From contig OZ296655.1 in NCBI GenBank assembly GCA_965655095.1, positions 67,022,001 through 67,086,000 on the forward strand: 64,000 nucleotides of DNA, given 5' to 3'. Below are positions 51,900 through 64,000 of this stretch, one piece after another. Both the position numbers and the translations under genes were made by a program. Each line of letters begins with the position of its first letter. Position 1 is the first letter of the stretch. The notes below the pieces were generated by a model. The model was given only the letters and a program-made list of their open reading frames with translations, did not search any database and was not told the origin of the DNA. This DNA is from Haplodiscus bocki. Its lineage: Eukaryota.

Positions 51900-54800
51900 G
51901 TTCAATTTTAGTGTTCGTAAATTGTTGAACTCATTTCGCGAGGACTGGTCCACTAGTTTGGTTTGATTTAGTCTTTTGGAAGGGGCTCAACATATGTTTT
52001 TTGTACTTTTTTTCAAGAGTCTTTTTTTCATGATGCTGGAGATTCAGTCCCTTCTTCTGTGTTGTTGGTTAAATACAAGCTCCAAGAACACTTGTTAAAC
52101 GATTGTATAGCCTTGGCAACGAGTTTTTACTGCAATGACACTTGAAGATTGTTTAGAGACAGTGCACGTGGTCGTAGGTGGAACAAAAGGAATCGAAATT
52201 TATCAGCATTTTTTCAGTAACTCCAATTAGTACAAAACTTTATCTTCAAACTTGTGGAAAGCACGTCTTGTCACCGTGGTGGGCAATGCATTAGTTTTTA
52301 ATCGAAATGCATTTTTCTCATTTGTGTGCGGAAACAAGAGAGACTGTTTTTTGAATATTCCGCATTGAAGCTGGGTACCACATGTAAAGTTACAGCCGCC
52401 ATCAAATTGTTGAGACATTTTCAGAATAAATGAAACTGGAAATCATAGTATTACTTTTTTACAAGCATAACAAAAAAAGAACAAGATTCCACATTTGGAA
52501 ATTGGTTGTTTCATGGACTAACGAAGAACATCCGCAATTTTGGAGTTATCACGTGACAAGGACCAAAAAAAGTCTGCACAAACGTAATTAAGCAAGAATT
52601 TGGAGCTCCAGAAAGTTTTTTCAACTTTCGTTTTTAGAAGACAAATCTTTTCTTTCAGGTACGTGCAGGATTTTTCAAGGACTAAAAAAGATGGCTAACG
52701 AAAGTTTTAAAATCTTGGAAAAGCTAACGTTTTTTGATTTTAAGGGCTTGAGAAAATGTCAAGACCAATTTGGACAACTTTTTGGTCATAAAACGATTTC
52801 AATTCCGTGTATGAAAAGCTCAAGTTCTTCAAGAGAGGTTGAAGATTAGTTTTTCCGTTGATAGAAAAACTTACAATAGGAGAAGCATACCTCAACCACT
52901 TCACCACTACGAAATCAGGTAATTGCCGCAGCAAAAAACTTTAGCAGAGACGAAAATTTGTCTTCAGTGCAGATTTCACCGAAGTCCAAGCAGGAAGATG
53001 AGCAATTTAGGATGGCCCGCAAAGTAGTTGCTCTTGTGGATCGTTGAAACTGAAGTGTTTGTGCAAGTCTGACGGGTACAATGTAAACATGTCATCGAAG
53101 TGAAATGCTCAAATTCGATTGATCGCAAAAAAACTGGAAAACAAAAAATTTCAAATTAAACGTTGTAGAGAACTAAAATACTGATGACTTTTTCTATCCA
53201 CCCCATATGATAAAGTGTGTCTGTGACAAAGTTAATAATAACACACCCATTTCTAATTCACTATGAGAAACATATGCATTTTTTTTGCTCCTGATCATTT
53301 CTTTTCAAATCAAATCAGGATGATTTGGAATTCTCAAGAAAAGAGAAACCCCTTTCTCAAGCTAAAGTCAAAATTGGGACTTTATCATGTTTTACTAACA
53401 ATTCCAGAGGTTACTCCCGAAAAATCTAAGATAACTGTAGTTTAATTGCGATGGAACAATTACAGAAATTGAACAGATGTATCCCAAGGAAGAAAGTTCT
53501 CGTCTAAAATGGACATTATATATTGGTAGGCGGAAAGTGTTTATAAACTTCGGGACTGATACGGACAAAATAAACATTGTAGTCTACCATTACTGCATCA
53601 AATTGTAATTGGAAGATAATTATAAATCGATCTGAAGTTGACAAAACGCCAGAACTTCTTGACAAAACGGGTGTATATAATGTTTTTCAGTGACGTGCTT
53701 CGCAAGAGGTGCAATGTACTGGATGAAGCAATTATACTTATCTAAAAAAACTTCCTCATGAAAACATGTTCTTTCTCTAATGCGCGTTTCACGATTCTAC
53801 TCGGGAGTAAAAACGTCATTAGAACACAAAAACTGTTCGCGAAAGACTTGTTTCAACGTGCATGATGCTACTGGAAAAATCGCATTTGAACACGTGAGGT
53901 GGACCAGAACTTTTCCTTCGGTGGAAACATTTGTTATAGAGAATTCAGTTTGAAATTGATATTTTGCTACTCCAAAATATTTGGACTAAATGCAATCCTA
54001 TATGATGCTGCTGGAGCAGTGATTTCATTTACTGGCAAGGGACTCGGTTACTGTTAAACGATTGGACGAGGATTAAATCTATGTTTCACTGGTCATGTGG
54101 ACGGACCACTCTTTAGTCTTTACGTTCCACTCCTTCCGCTTACAATGTCCACTTCTTTTAACTTTTGCAGCAGTATGCATTGCGTTATACTAGATTTTGA
54201 GCTTCCACTTGAACAAAAGTAAACGAAATGGTAGTTTTGTAGATAAGATTGTTCAGCGACAGCCATTTGTTCCTCCAAAAATGAACACACCCACAAAACA
54301 TGTTTTGTGGAGTGCAAGAAATTTGCGGCCAATTTCGTGGAACAGTTGATGCTTAGAGGAAAGTCAGCTCTCAAACAAACTTCCCAAAAATTTGGAGTGT
54401 GAACGGTTTGCATCAAAAGAGCAAAACTTAATTTCTAAGCAATTCATTTAAGAAACATGTGGAGAACATTGGTTGGTTGGTGATATTGGTGATATTGGTT
54501 GCCACAATTTTCAAGGTCTTGCTGATTCCGAAGCGTATGAAGAACTGTTGATTTGTCCGAGCTACACATTCCGACACAAAATACATTTCACTATGCAGAG
54601 AGCAAAACAAATAAGTTGAGTAATTGGACGATGCAACAGTTGAAGTTGTTAATTTCGTATTCCCAATTTTTTTGTCTTTAACTACGTAATTAAACTTTCC
54701 AAAAATATTCAAACTTTTTTCCAAGATTCTTTTTTGAGTGAAAAAGAGTGCAAACCAGATGACTGCTGAAGATGATAGTGTTGTTCTCGGATAAATAGTT

Positions 54801-55600
54801 TTCGACTATGAAAATTAAGACAGATAATCGTGGTTTTGTTTGGGAAAAACCTGCTCCAGTTTTTTGATTGTCTCTTCCTCCGAATTTTTTGTCTTTTTGC
54901 TGATTGCTTTCAGTTGCTTTTGAAAAACTCACCTTTCAAAAAGTTGTGACATATCACCTGTTTGAGTGGAAGATTAGTGTAGTGCAGCAGGATAATCTTT
55001 ACCTTCAACAAAACTATGAAAAAAATTTTTTAGTAACTAACATTGGTTGGACGTGCGGAGATGGGAAGGTTGCAACTTTCTGACAATTATTGAAAGAATG
55101 TAACAGTTTAACCAAATTTGGACAAAATTGAGCTTTTCTATCAACAGTCCGAACCACTTCACGTTACTATGCAAAAAGAACAGCAAATCTTGAGTTTTTT
55201 CAATGTGTAAACAACAAATTTGTCGATTCGTTAAAAAACAACGGTACAAAGTACTTGTTAATTTGTGTTCATTGACCGAAACAAATTTGCAACTCAAAAG
55301 CGGTTGTTGGTTTTGCCACTGCTAAAAGACATTGCGCGGATTGAGTACCTCTTACAATAACCACATTTTGTTTCAAAAACAAACAGGTTGCGACGTTGAG
55401 CTTCCAAACACACACATTCTCACTTCCAACCACTCCAGTTAGATTTATGCAATCACTACCTTAAAAGCTCATTTGGATCTCGAAGTTGAACTAGTTGACT
55501 GGTATTGTCATGTAACGCCGTTCCACAACAGTCATTAGTTGATTTCCACGAACAGACGGCCGAATACGTTATTGTACAAACATCATATCCATTTCCTCGA
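51900..55600 (-). pseudogene. Decayed CUB-like repeats
   Basis: Minus-strand fragments QLQCGIF...FRLKTN (52227-52418), QEQLLCGP (~53020) and GYICSISVIVP...LRF (53395-53577). Confidence 0.35.
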
Positions 55601-55619
55601 AAGTTTGTGTCCCTGAAAT

Positions 55620-56330
55620 GTTGAAGCGCCTAAGAAGTTTGGACGATGAACACACAAAACCTCTCTAGACTAGAATGCTCCAATCGCTTTCCCGTGAATA
55701 CAAAGGCCAATTCCTTAAGGTATGTGCCGAAGAGTTCGTCCGTCCGGTTTTTCTGTGAACGCTTTGTACATCTAGTCAAAAGAACACGTGGAAAAACTTC
55801 AAATTGAGTTGCCACTGCTTTTTCTAAAAATGACATTTTGAGACGAAAGAGGAGACAATCTGGCGCCGGAAAAAAAAACGTTCAAGCCCATGAAAGTCAT
55901 TTCATATCCCGTCCCTAATTATTTGTCTTGATATGCAGCACATTTTTTTCGTCCCTGCTTCTGTATTTAACAAGTGTTTGACTACGCAATCAACCAATTC
56001 TAAAGTATCAAGCTCAACAAAACCCCACGTACCAATTTGATTCCCTTAAAGACCAAAAAAAACAAATTTTTTTTTCACCAAAGCAGACTCTTTGGGAAAT
56101 AAAATGTTTTCGTCTTCGCATTAGGTTTTCAAATTCACAAATAAAATTTTTGGTTGTTGTAGAAAGTGAAGTCTTGCTCTCTGATTTCTCAAACGCGACC
56201 TTATAAACGCAGACGTTCCACACATTCACGTTTTTTTCCTTGGTGCTGCTGGTATATCTTCAATTCCTGCTCTGAATCAGAATGCCAAAGCCAAAGACTG
56301 AAGAAGCTGGGTCTCTTTCAAAACATGAAA
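55620..56330 (+). pseudogene. Two small Polinton conserved-ORF remnants upstream of the integrase
   Basis: Fragments EEFVR-FFCE and FFVPASVFNK...QNPTYQFDSLK, positioned directly 5' of the integrase. Recognised from memory of Polinton gene blocks. Confidence 0.45.
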
Positions 56331-57215
56331 GTCAAACGCAGGAAAAGTTGTACACACAAAGTGATGCTGCTTATGGGTTTGTGCGCAATTTAAGGAAAAC
56401 CAGCAATCTATCCGAGTCACAAAAGGGACAATTTTGCCTTCAAAGAGCTCCTATAGAAAAATTACCCTGGCCGCACGTGACTTCGAAAGAAAGCATGTCT
56501 TGGTTGTATTCGAAATTAAACTTTAGTGTATCGATATAGTCTATGTTGGTAAACTAGCAAAGCAATTATAGCAGTTGAGTAGTTACTAACTCGTCAAGTC
56601 TTGTGTCATAGAACCATAGACGCAGAAGGAATGGATAAAAATGTTTCCAGAGGAATTGTTTGAGCATTTTTAACTTTGAGTACACGAAAAAATTGAGAAA
56701 GACTTTTTTCAAGTTGACCAGGGAACAGAATCTGCTGGAGAATTTAGAAAACGTTGCCAATCCGAAGAGTAAGAAAATCAAACAACCACGAGTTTGACTA
56801 AGGTTCCATTTGCCCAACTTACGATACTCTCACTGAGCAATGTTTTTCAACGTTACATGGACGACTACGAAAACAAGCACACTCACAAACTGGCTCAATT
56901 TTTCATAACCTTGGGTACTAAACGGAGTTATTGAATAGACATGTAACCAAAGACTGTCATGAATTCCCTTTTTTTCCAATTTCACAGCGAACCACTATGA
57001 GAATGTGAAAAACCGAAGTTTAAAATTGGCGAGAAGTTTCGCACCTCCAAGAATGATATGCTTTTAACGAAGTGTTACAAGCCACAGCTTACGCCCTAAT
57101 GTTTTGAAACTGTTGCATTATTTCCAAAAAACCGCCAACATGCACAATAAAAGATGAACACGAAGAAATTCGACATGAGAATTTTTATCGAAAAGTGTTG
57201 TTCAAATCAATTTAT
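56330..57215 (+). pseudogene. Polinton retroviral-like (RVE/DDE) integrase remnant
   Basis: KLYTQSDAAYGFVRNL, VDQGTESAGEFRKRC (cf. vDkGtEF), LTILSL.NVF..YMDDY, FKIGEKFRTSK, KCYKPQLT and PPTCTIKDEH..I...FY: the typical Maverick integrase core and C-terminus. Confidence 0.85.
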
Positions 57216-57217
57216 CG

Positions 57218-57990
57218 ATGGCATAGTTTACAATGGAGATCGCTACAAATTATCTGCATAGCTACTTCCAGACAACACACTCAGGTTATTTTCTACAATC
57301 TTTTTACCTGAACAACGAAGCCTGGAGGGCCAATGGGAGCTTGCATTTTCCAATAAAAGAACTTTCCATCAGGGTACCAAAAAGTGCAGAAGGAATTTTC
57401 ATGTTTTTTGATGAAAAACTTTCGAAGTCGACAGAGTTTCTTTATCTGGAAACTGTTTTTTATCGTGGCGTTATGGGTTTTCTAGATGCAATTAACACCC
57501 TCAATCAGGAGATACACAATCACAGTGGAAGTTGTAGCACAGTAAAAGAGTCTCGAAGAACCAGAAAAAGTTGAATTTTGCTTTGCAAATGGAAGATCTT
57601 CCCTTGTTTTCTCTGGCCCGGACTTGGGACACGTTTTTTAAGTTAATGTTAGCACAGATTGGAGAGAATTTCGCAGAAACCGGAGTTGACTTACCACACT
57701 GTCGCATGCACTCTCTCATGATGTGAACACACCTGATTTAGTACAATAAGGTTGGTGTTACAACGGCTCCAGTGCTACCTGCTTTCTCTTCCTTTCCGAG
57801 CTGAAAGTTGGGAGGACGTTTTATTACTGGTCAGTACACGAATAATCAGTTATTTAGTCACCTGCAATTGAAACCGCTGCTCAAAACTTCTTTTCATAAT
57901 ATTCACATTGACCTGAGAGACACAAGCGGTTGATAAAACCTCTTTGCGCCTGTTGGTATCATTCAACTGGTTTTGATGTGTATAAAATCC
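57218..57990 (+). pseudogene. Polinton minor capsid (penton-like) protein remnant
   Basis: N-terminal F.mel.sn....LPDNTL..F...LPEQ..LEGQWELA and C-terminal VG....PVL..F...Y..NQLF..LQ.KPL...F.NIHIDLRD motifs. Confidence 0.75.
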
Positions 57991-58027
57991 TCCGAAAGTT
58001 TTTTTTGGAAAAAAAGTACTCTACCAG

Positions 58028-58350
58028 ATGGTTCTTCCAAGGCAAGAAGAACTCCCCTTCCATACAAAAATTGGTTGACATCGTGGAAAAAGATTCGGGG
58101 CAAAACCACAAGTTAATGAGAGAACCGCAAAACCATTTTTGTGGAAAGTTCAATCCCAGCTGCCCAACGTGTAAGTGCTAATTTTTTGGAATTTGCTGCA
58201 CCAGAAATTGCAGAGATTGTTTGAGGTGGAAGAAAGTTAAAAAAAGCCGTAAAGATTGTTGGAAGACATTTCCTGATGAAGCAATTGGGCAGTGGCAGCA
58301 CAAGTTGTTCTGCCAGGATAGTAATTCCATCAAAATCTGCAAAATAAACC
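58028..58350 (+). pseudogene. Polinton small basic core-like (PW-type) protein remnant
   Basis: MVLPRQEELPF...G.HRGK.FG...PAAQRVSANFLEFAAPEIAEIV.GGRKLKKAVKIVGRHFLMKQLGSGS, lying between the two capsid genes. Confidence 0.55.
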
Positions 58351-58409
58351 AGTGGGTCTCAAAGAGTTGTTTTTACAAGTAGTTCTCACTGTTGAGATCA
58401 AACGTTTGT

Positions 58410-59725
58410 CGGTACCAACCTTTGGTGGCAATTTCGGGAATGCTTGGTCTCAACATTTGAGCATTTGAGAATGTTTTACTGCCCCACGAACAAGAAACGT
58501 ACCCTATTATTTCCACTCGACGAAAACTGCAGAGAACTTGAATTTGAACGGGATCGGAACCTTACGTTGATTTGAGACATCATTTCCAGCTGTGTAAATG
58601 AGTCTTGTAGTCCTTTACGAAATTTACAAAACAAAAGAAGATGGAAAAACACAAGGAAGACGGTACAGCAAATAAAAAAACGGAAGAAAAAGATCGAGTT
58701 TCTCTGGTTTTTCATTTAACAACATTACTTTGCATTTAACTCTTTCCAATTTTGAGGTGTTCAATAACAATCAGCAAATTCAAAACTCTAAAGGACTCTA
58801 TGCTCACGAACCTTTTTTTCTTAACATCTTCAAAGGCGCCCTTTCTCCAAAAAGGAGTTTTGCACTGCGAAGTGTTTGAATAGTAAGAAAGTGATGATTC
58901 AGTTTTGGAAGTTTTTTTGTCCCAACTCTCTTTCACAAGGAGAATGGTATTGGAAAGTAGACCCGAAGGCTTCATGCTAAATGGTATACTGGGAGCTTTT
59001 TCTCCTCGACTTCTGAAACGCTATATCCAAATATTAAAAACAAGTTACGACTTATCAGAACCAATACTATTTTTTACATGATTAGTGACAACCCCTAGGT
59101 CACTCTTGGAATTGTTAATTGTTCGTATTCTTATCAAGATTGATTATAACAAGACAAGATTAGACATGCTTGCATGCACTCCAGTGCAGTACAAATATTT
59201 GGAGACAATAGCAAAAAAAATCAACATTCCTACCAGACGCAACCACGTCTTTTAAGCAAACATTTTAATTAATGTTCCACTTCGTTGAAATATTTTTGCG
59301 ATGAACACAAACTCTTGTTTCAATCGACTGTACATTGAAATTGTTTTCTGGTGTCAGCTATTTGATCTCAGGAAAACTAGAATGTTCAGAGAGGTCAACC
59401 AATCATAGATTTTGTTGCTGCTGATAATTGTCGTCTTTAAGTTACGATAGAGGAAGCAAAATTCTTTCAAGATGATATATTTTCAATTGCCATTGGTAAA
59501 TATATAAATCACTATGTACCAATGTTTGTTTTGACTTCAAGGCAAGACACTACTGGAAAATGTTGTCTTCTTGATCTAGTTGGTGAGCCACTGAGGGTAG
59601 AGCTAAGCTTTAATTTCTTTCCAGAACACGTTACTGATTTCATTGTTTTTGAGGAACAAGGAACGATTTGTTTTTGGTTGCAGTTGACAATTTTGCCGTT
59701 GTTAGCAAGAAAAACAAAAAGATAC
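58410..59725 (+). pseudogene. Polinton major capsid (double jelly-roll) protein remnant
   Basis: YPIIPLDENCRELEFERDRN..VDLR, FNNITL..LFSNFEV.NNQQI.NS.GLYAH, KGVLHCE and LDLVGEPLRVELSFNF..EHVTDFIV motifs; many stops and frameshifts. Confidence 0.75.
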
Positions 59726-60249
59726 CGTTGCTCTGCAGCAAAAACTCCGTTGTTTCCTTGTTTCCAATTATTTGTACCTTGGCTTTTTCCCTTAAGATTT
59801 TGTTCCAATTTTTGAAAAATAGGTCTTTGGTAAGTTAAATCCGCAACCCAGCAAAGTGCAGGTTGAACATTGGATAATGATTGCAAACCCCCGTTACAAA
59901 CTTCATTTTGGGGACCCTCTTGTCCGTTAAAAGTACAGTTTCTTCAAGCAGCACTACAAACAATTGTTGCCAGACCCACTACAGCCCTATCCGATCGTTT
60001 GCGGTTTTTACACCATTTGTTCAGCATTTTATTCCTTCAACTTCTGATTGGAATAAAATACCGGAGTTCTTGATGTTACAGTATTGTGACTTATTAGTAA
60101 CTACAAAAAATCATAATTTTCAAATGTCAATGTGAAGACTATACGAAGTAGTGGTTGTTTTTTTACTGTCTAAACAACTTTTTTGAACTGTATATCAATC
60201 AGTTTACATAACATTAAAACACAAGAGTCTCTGCAGCTATCATGAATTA

Positions 60250-60735
60250 TCCCCAGTCCGCACCATATTTTTTATGCACCCGCCGTCTGCTCAGGTTCCA
60301 ATCTAGACTTGATCACAAATCTTCCCAGTCGACCACAAATCAAAGCCTCCTCACACCCGCTCCATCGATTTTACGGTGTCTTAAACCATCAAACTAGTAC
60401 CTATCGTAACACAATGCCGAAGCATGTCCTGTCTTAATACATAACCGAACTACGTCCTGCGTTTACACATTACCGAACTATACCCTATCCGAAAATGTTA
60501 TTGGACTTTACCCTACCTCAACATCGTGTGGAATTTTAGCTTATCTTAATACATTGCTGAACTATAGCCCATCTCAATATACTGCCGTCGTTTTTGCAAA
60601 ACGTTGAAGGCAGCCAATCAAAATCGGGTATTGGAATAACCGCATCCTCAGTCAACCAGAATTGAGCATTACGTCAGCCGATAGTTGTCCATTAGTGTTG
60701 AGGTTCCTTGTCAGCTCCGGGTAGAATGGGCTTGC
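60250..60735. repeat. Non-coding dispersed repeat with ~30-bp internal tandem units
   Basis: Repeated ACAT(T/A)ACCGAACTA(T/C)...CT units at 60410-60590, then a CAGCCAATCAAAATCG / CAACCAGAATTGAGCATTACGTCA block. Confidence 0.5.
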
Positions 60736-60739
60736 AAAA

Positions 60740-63700
60740 GTTTCTTTTATTACAAAGGGACCCCCAACTCGACCACCTCTGCACACTCTTCTACTACTGA
60801 AGTGTAGTCTATGCTTAGCACAGGAAAACTCACAAACACCAAAAGGTCACGTCTAGTGTCAGACGAAAAATTTTTCGACGAGAAGTCAATATATAGTTCT
60901 AATGCACAGAATTTTTTGACAACGATAACTTTCAAAATCATAGAATGGTTCCCTTAGAAGAGTTTTTGGTACTGTCGGACATGAAAGAGTTGATCAAAGT
61001 TTGCGATTTATCCGTTTCACAGAATTTTCCGATACCAAACACGTCTAAAAACACAAAAGGACCCCTTTCACGCAAGCTTTTTCAAGCAAATTGGTTTCGA
61101 AAACTCTTTTTGTCATAGTCTCCTCAATAGTTCACAACTTTTTGCAGTCGACAAATGGGCTACACCGTTAACTTCCAGAAACACCAGAGACCTGCAGGAA
61201 AATCAAATGGATCCTTTACAAGTCTCCCGTACTTTGACACTGTGTTGAAAAAAGTTTTGACAGTTTTGGTGAGAGGCTCCAATGTTTTATGGAAACCTTC
61301 GTGCTTGACAGATGAGCAGGGTTGACTTTCAGTTTGTTTCATCTTCCGCCTATATAATTTCGAAAAGGAAAATAGTCAATTCTGTTGTGCTTCTCTCCGT
61401 CTTTTTGATTTTGCAAATATCACTCAAACTTCGCTTTGCAGATTTGATAGTATGTTGTAGAATTTGTAAAGGCAGCGTCACCGCAGAGAGCTTGCCTCTA
61501 TCTCAAACGCTCCATTTTTTTTCGCAAAATGGCCGTATGTTTCCTGAGACATTTGTATACTTTTCATCCTGATCGATCGACACTACCGTTTGTTTGATAT
61601 AGTTTAGGCTTTTCGTGTTTTGCTCTTCTTGTATCCGCATAAATAAATCAACTGAACTTGTTATTTTTTTGAAAAAAAACTAAAAAAATGGACTTGTTGA
61701 CGGTTTTCAACTTTTCGGAAATTGTAAGAACGTTTTACAAAAATGGTTTCTTTTTCAACAATTCGAACTATTTTTCCTGAGGAGATTCTTTGAATAAATT
61801 CATGTTGTCCTATATGGGCCCCACACATCAAAAAAACAAGTCGTGAACATCTTCAGCTGGGACTCATCCTTGTGAACAGGGTATAGTCCTTAGAGTCAGA
61901 CCAAGGTTGAAAACCATATGGATATATGGTTTTTATCACTGTCATTACGTAAAGTTTTTTCTAACAAAACAACCGAATGGAATTTTCTAGGAAAAAAGAT
62001 ATGATCGGAAATTTTGACCAGTAGCTGGTTCTTTGTAATGGAAATATTTCAATTCAAAAAGCTGACATAAGAAACATGGATCAATACTGCTAGAAGACAT
62101 TGGACAGATAATATTCTATAACATAAGTGATACCAAAATTTGTTCAAAGCATCATCTTTCAAAACAATGTTTTCAGTGCCGGTTTCTGCGTCGGAACTTT
62201 TTTGGATGGAATTAGTCCAAAATGTTTCGGGGAATGGTTACTTCACAGTTGAAAACTATGTTTCACCAAAGTTACCTGCTACTTCTCTTTAATCAATGTG
62301 TACGTCGGCTTTTTGATATATAGATTGCTACTCTACAGTCCAAAATTGTGTTTGGTTGTTAGAACAAAAATCGGATAGGCGGAGTTTGTCACAAAAAAAT
62401 TCGAAAAAATACGAATTGTCTTGAACAAAAGAGTCAATCTTCTACAAAAATCCTTCTCGATCGTTTCCATCATGGTCTCAATCAACAATTTTTCAATCGC
62501 CAGAACATATTTGAATTGAAATTCCGGGAAAAAAATCTTGCTCTGTGATCTTTATTGACCGATAGATCCAAAATGAGGAGTTCGTCTGATTTTTTATCAA
62601 AAAACAAACCTGCCTTCCTGAGAAACCAGTGACTGCAGATCATTCATCAAGGTACTAATTTTTTTTCGCTAGTAGAAGCACACTGGAAAGTGAAATATTG
62701 CTTTTGGTTCCTCGCAACGCAAACTTGAGAGTCAAAAGATACGAAAACGTGAATACCTGTATGAGTTGTCTTGGTATTCAAATTCGATTTTTTTTTCAAC
62801 TTCTCATATTGAAGTCTTGTTAACCAATTTTTGCAACTCTAGAGCATCATTCAATGTTTAAAAAACCGTTTCTTAATTTGAAAACCTTTGGGACCAAAAA
62901 AAGCCAGAAATGCGGAAATTTGCGATTCTCCTTGAGAATCAAACCTTTTATTCTCCAAAACTACTGGCTGCTTGTCGTCCATCAGGGTGTTCTTCGACAT
63001 TTTTTTCTCGTAGAAAGTTACTTGATTGCAAAACAGGCATTTTGTTCTAAGCAACAGAAACTTGGTGGGCCAAATTAGCCAAAAAATGATCATTGGTTTT
63101 GTTAGTTTTGATCACAAGGTGGGTTTACCTCAAAGCAACTGTCAAGGTCTCAATCAACGTTTTAGTGTTCGTACAAGATGAGTCGGTCTCCATGTTTTTT
63201 TCATCCTCTCTTCGATAATTTGATAGAACTAAATTGCCAAAATTTATGTTTATTTATGATGCTTCTTTGCCTGATAAGTAAATTTTTTCAGAGGTTCCGA
63301 GAAGATATCAATCGAAAAGTTGTAAATTTCGAAAAATTCTGAAATGATAAACATTGAACTATATGGCTCTCAACGGAAACTTGATTGACTGACAATCCAA
63401 AACTTACATTTTTATTTGGTTTTTCTCGAAATTTCAAGTCATCTGTCTCCAAAACTGCGGACTGGAAATCTTCCACCAATGTCTCAGTGGACATTTTTAT
63501 TTTTTATAAGGGTAATCGATAAACATATTATTCAGTATGTTCCTGCATTCGTAATCTCATAGGCTGAAAAGGGCAAAGTGCGACTTGTACGTTTTTCTTT
63601 TTAGTCAAACTCCTTCTCTGTAAAACTACTGGTTGGTATTCCACTACTAAGATCTCACCAGAGTTTTTATTTTTCAAAAGTTGATTCACAAAAATACCTC

Positions 63701-64000
63701 GGCTTTAGTACTTTGCTTCGGAGCCCTGATAAGTTAATAAGGCCAAAAATGGGAGAAATCAGTGGTAGAATTGATATTTGTGGGACACTTTTGAAAACTA
63801 GATTCAAAACAGTATTCTCGTTTTTCGACTGTTTGCAAAAGTTGATCAAAACTTTCTACTTGTGCGAATAATATGCCGGTGCTAACTGGTCGGTTTGTTG
63901 TTACTTGTGAGCAACACGGCATGTGGTTAGAAGGCTTACTTGCCGAAAGGTAAGTCTTTTGTTATAACGAAATTCGAGAAAAAAGAAAAGGTAACTCACA
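60740..64000 (-). pseudogene. Decayed CUB-like repeats
   Basis: Minus-strand GRLVKDPFDFPAGLWCFWKLTV (~61200; cf. G.i.sp.yP.n..C.W.I.v), KKFC...NFSSDT..LLVF (~60890) and LNLVFKSV (~63800). Confidence 0.5.

Noticed and set aside
44000-60200. An intact, TIR-bounded Polinton
   Set aside because: No AG/AGT-repeat termini, 6-bp TSD, ATPase or complete protease could be seen, and all genes are riddled with stops and frameshifts.
1-64000. tRNA, rRNA or prokaryotic operons and defence systems
   Set aside because: None recognisable. Low coding density, spliceosomal signals and metazoan TE families indicate animal nuclear DNA.

Overview
AT-rich, repeat-dense eukaryotic (metazoan) genomic DNA with one 200-N scaffold gap (21203-21402). 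The repeat families resemble those I associate with acoel-type marine invertebrate genomes, which is inference only. There are no long intact host genes. Supported content: (1) a putative two-exon gene (498-540 + 5684-5964) for a small secreted Trp/Asp/Ser-rich repeat peptide, followed by a decayed C-type-lectin-like tail, whose ~5.1 kb intron holds nested foldback/MITE elements; (2) a young 5'-truncated CR1/L2-group LINE (~25750-28872) whose ORF1 and ATG-less ORF2 are in frame, separated only by TGA-CTA; (3) a 5'-truncated CRE-like restriction-like-endonuclease retrotransposon with poly(A) tail and 11-bp TSD (32794-33639); (4) a 1.55-kb solo LTR (41764-43312) containing the start of its own ORF, plus a diverged relative and Gypsy and possible DIRS remnants; (5) decayed Polinton/Maverick remnants: pPolB on the minus strand (44.3-48.7 kb) and integrase, minor capsid, small core-like and major capsid genes on the plus strand (55.6-59.8 kb); (6) many kilobases of minus-strand, apparently intron-poor, decayed CUB-domain-like repeats (17.5-21.7 kb and interleaved through 31.7-64 kb). 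All family calls come from motif recognition by eye; no searches were run.
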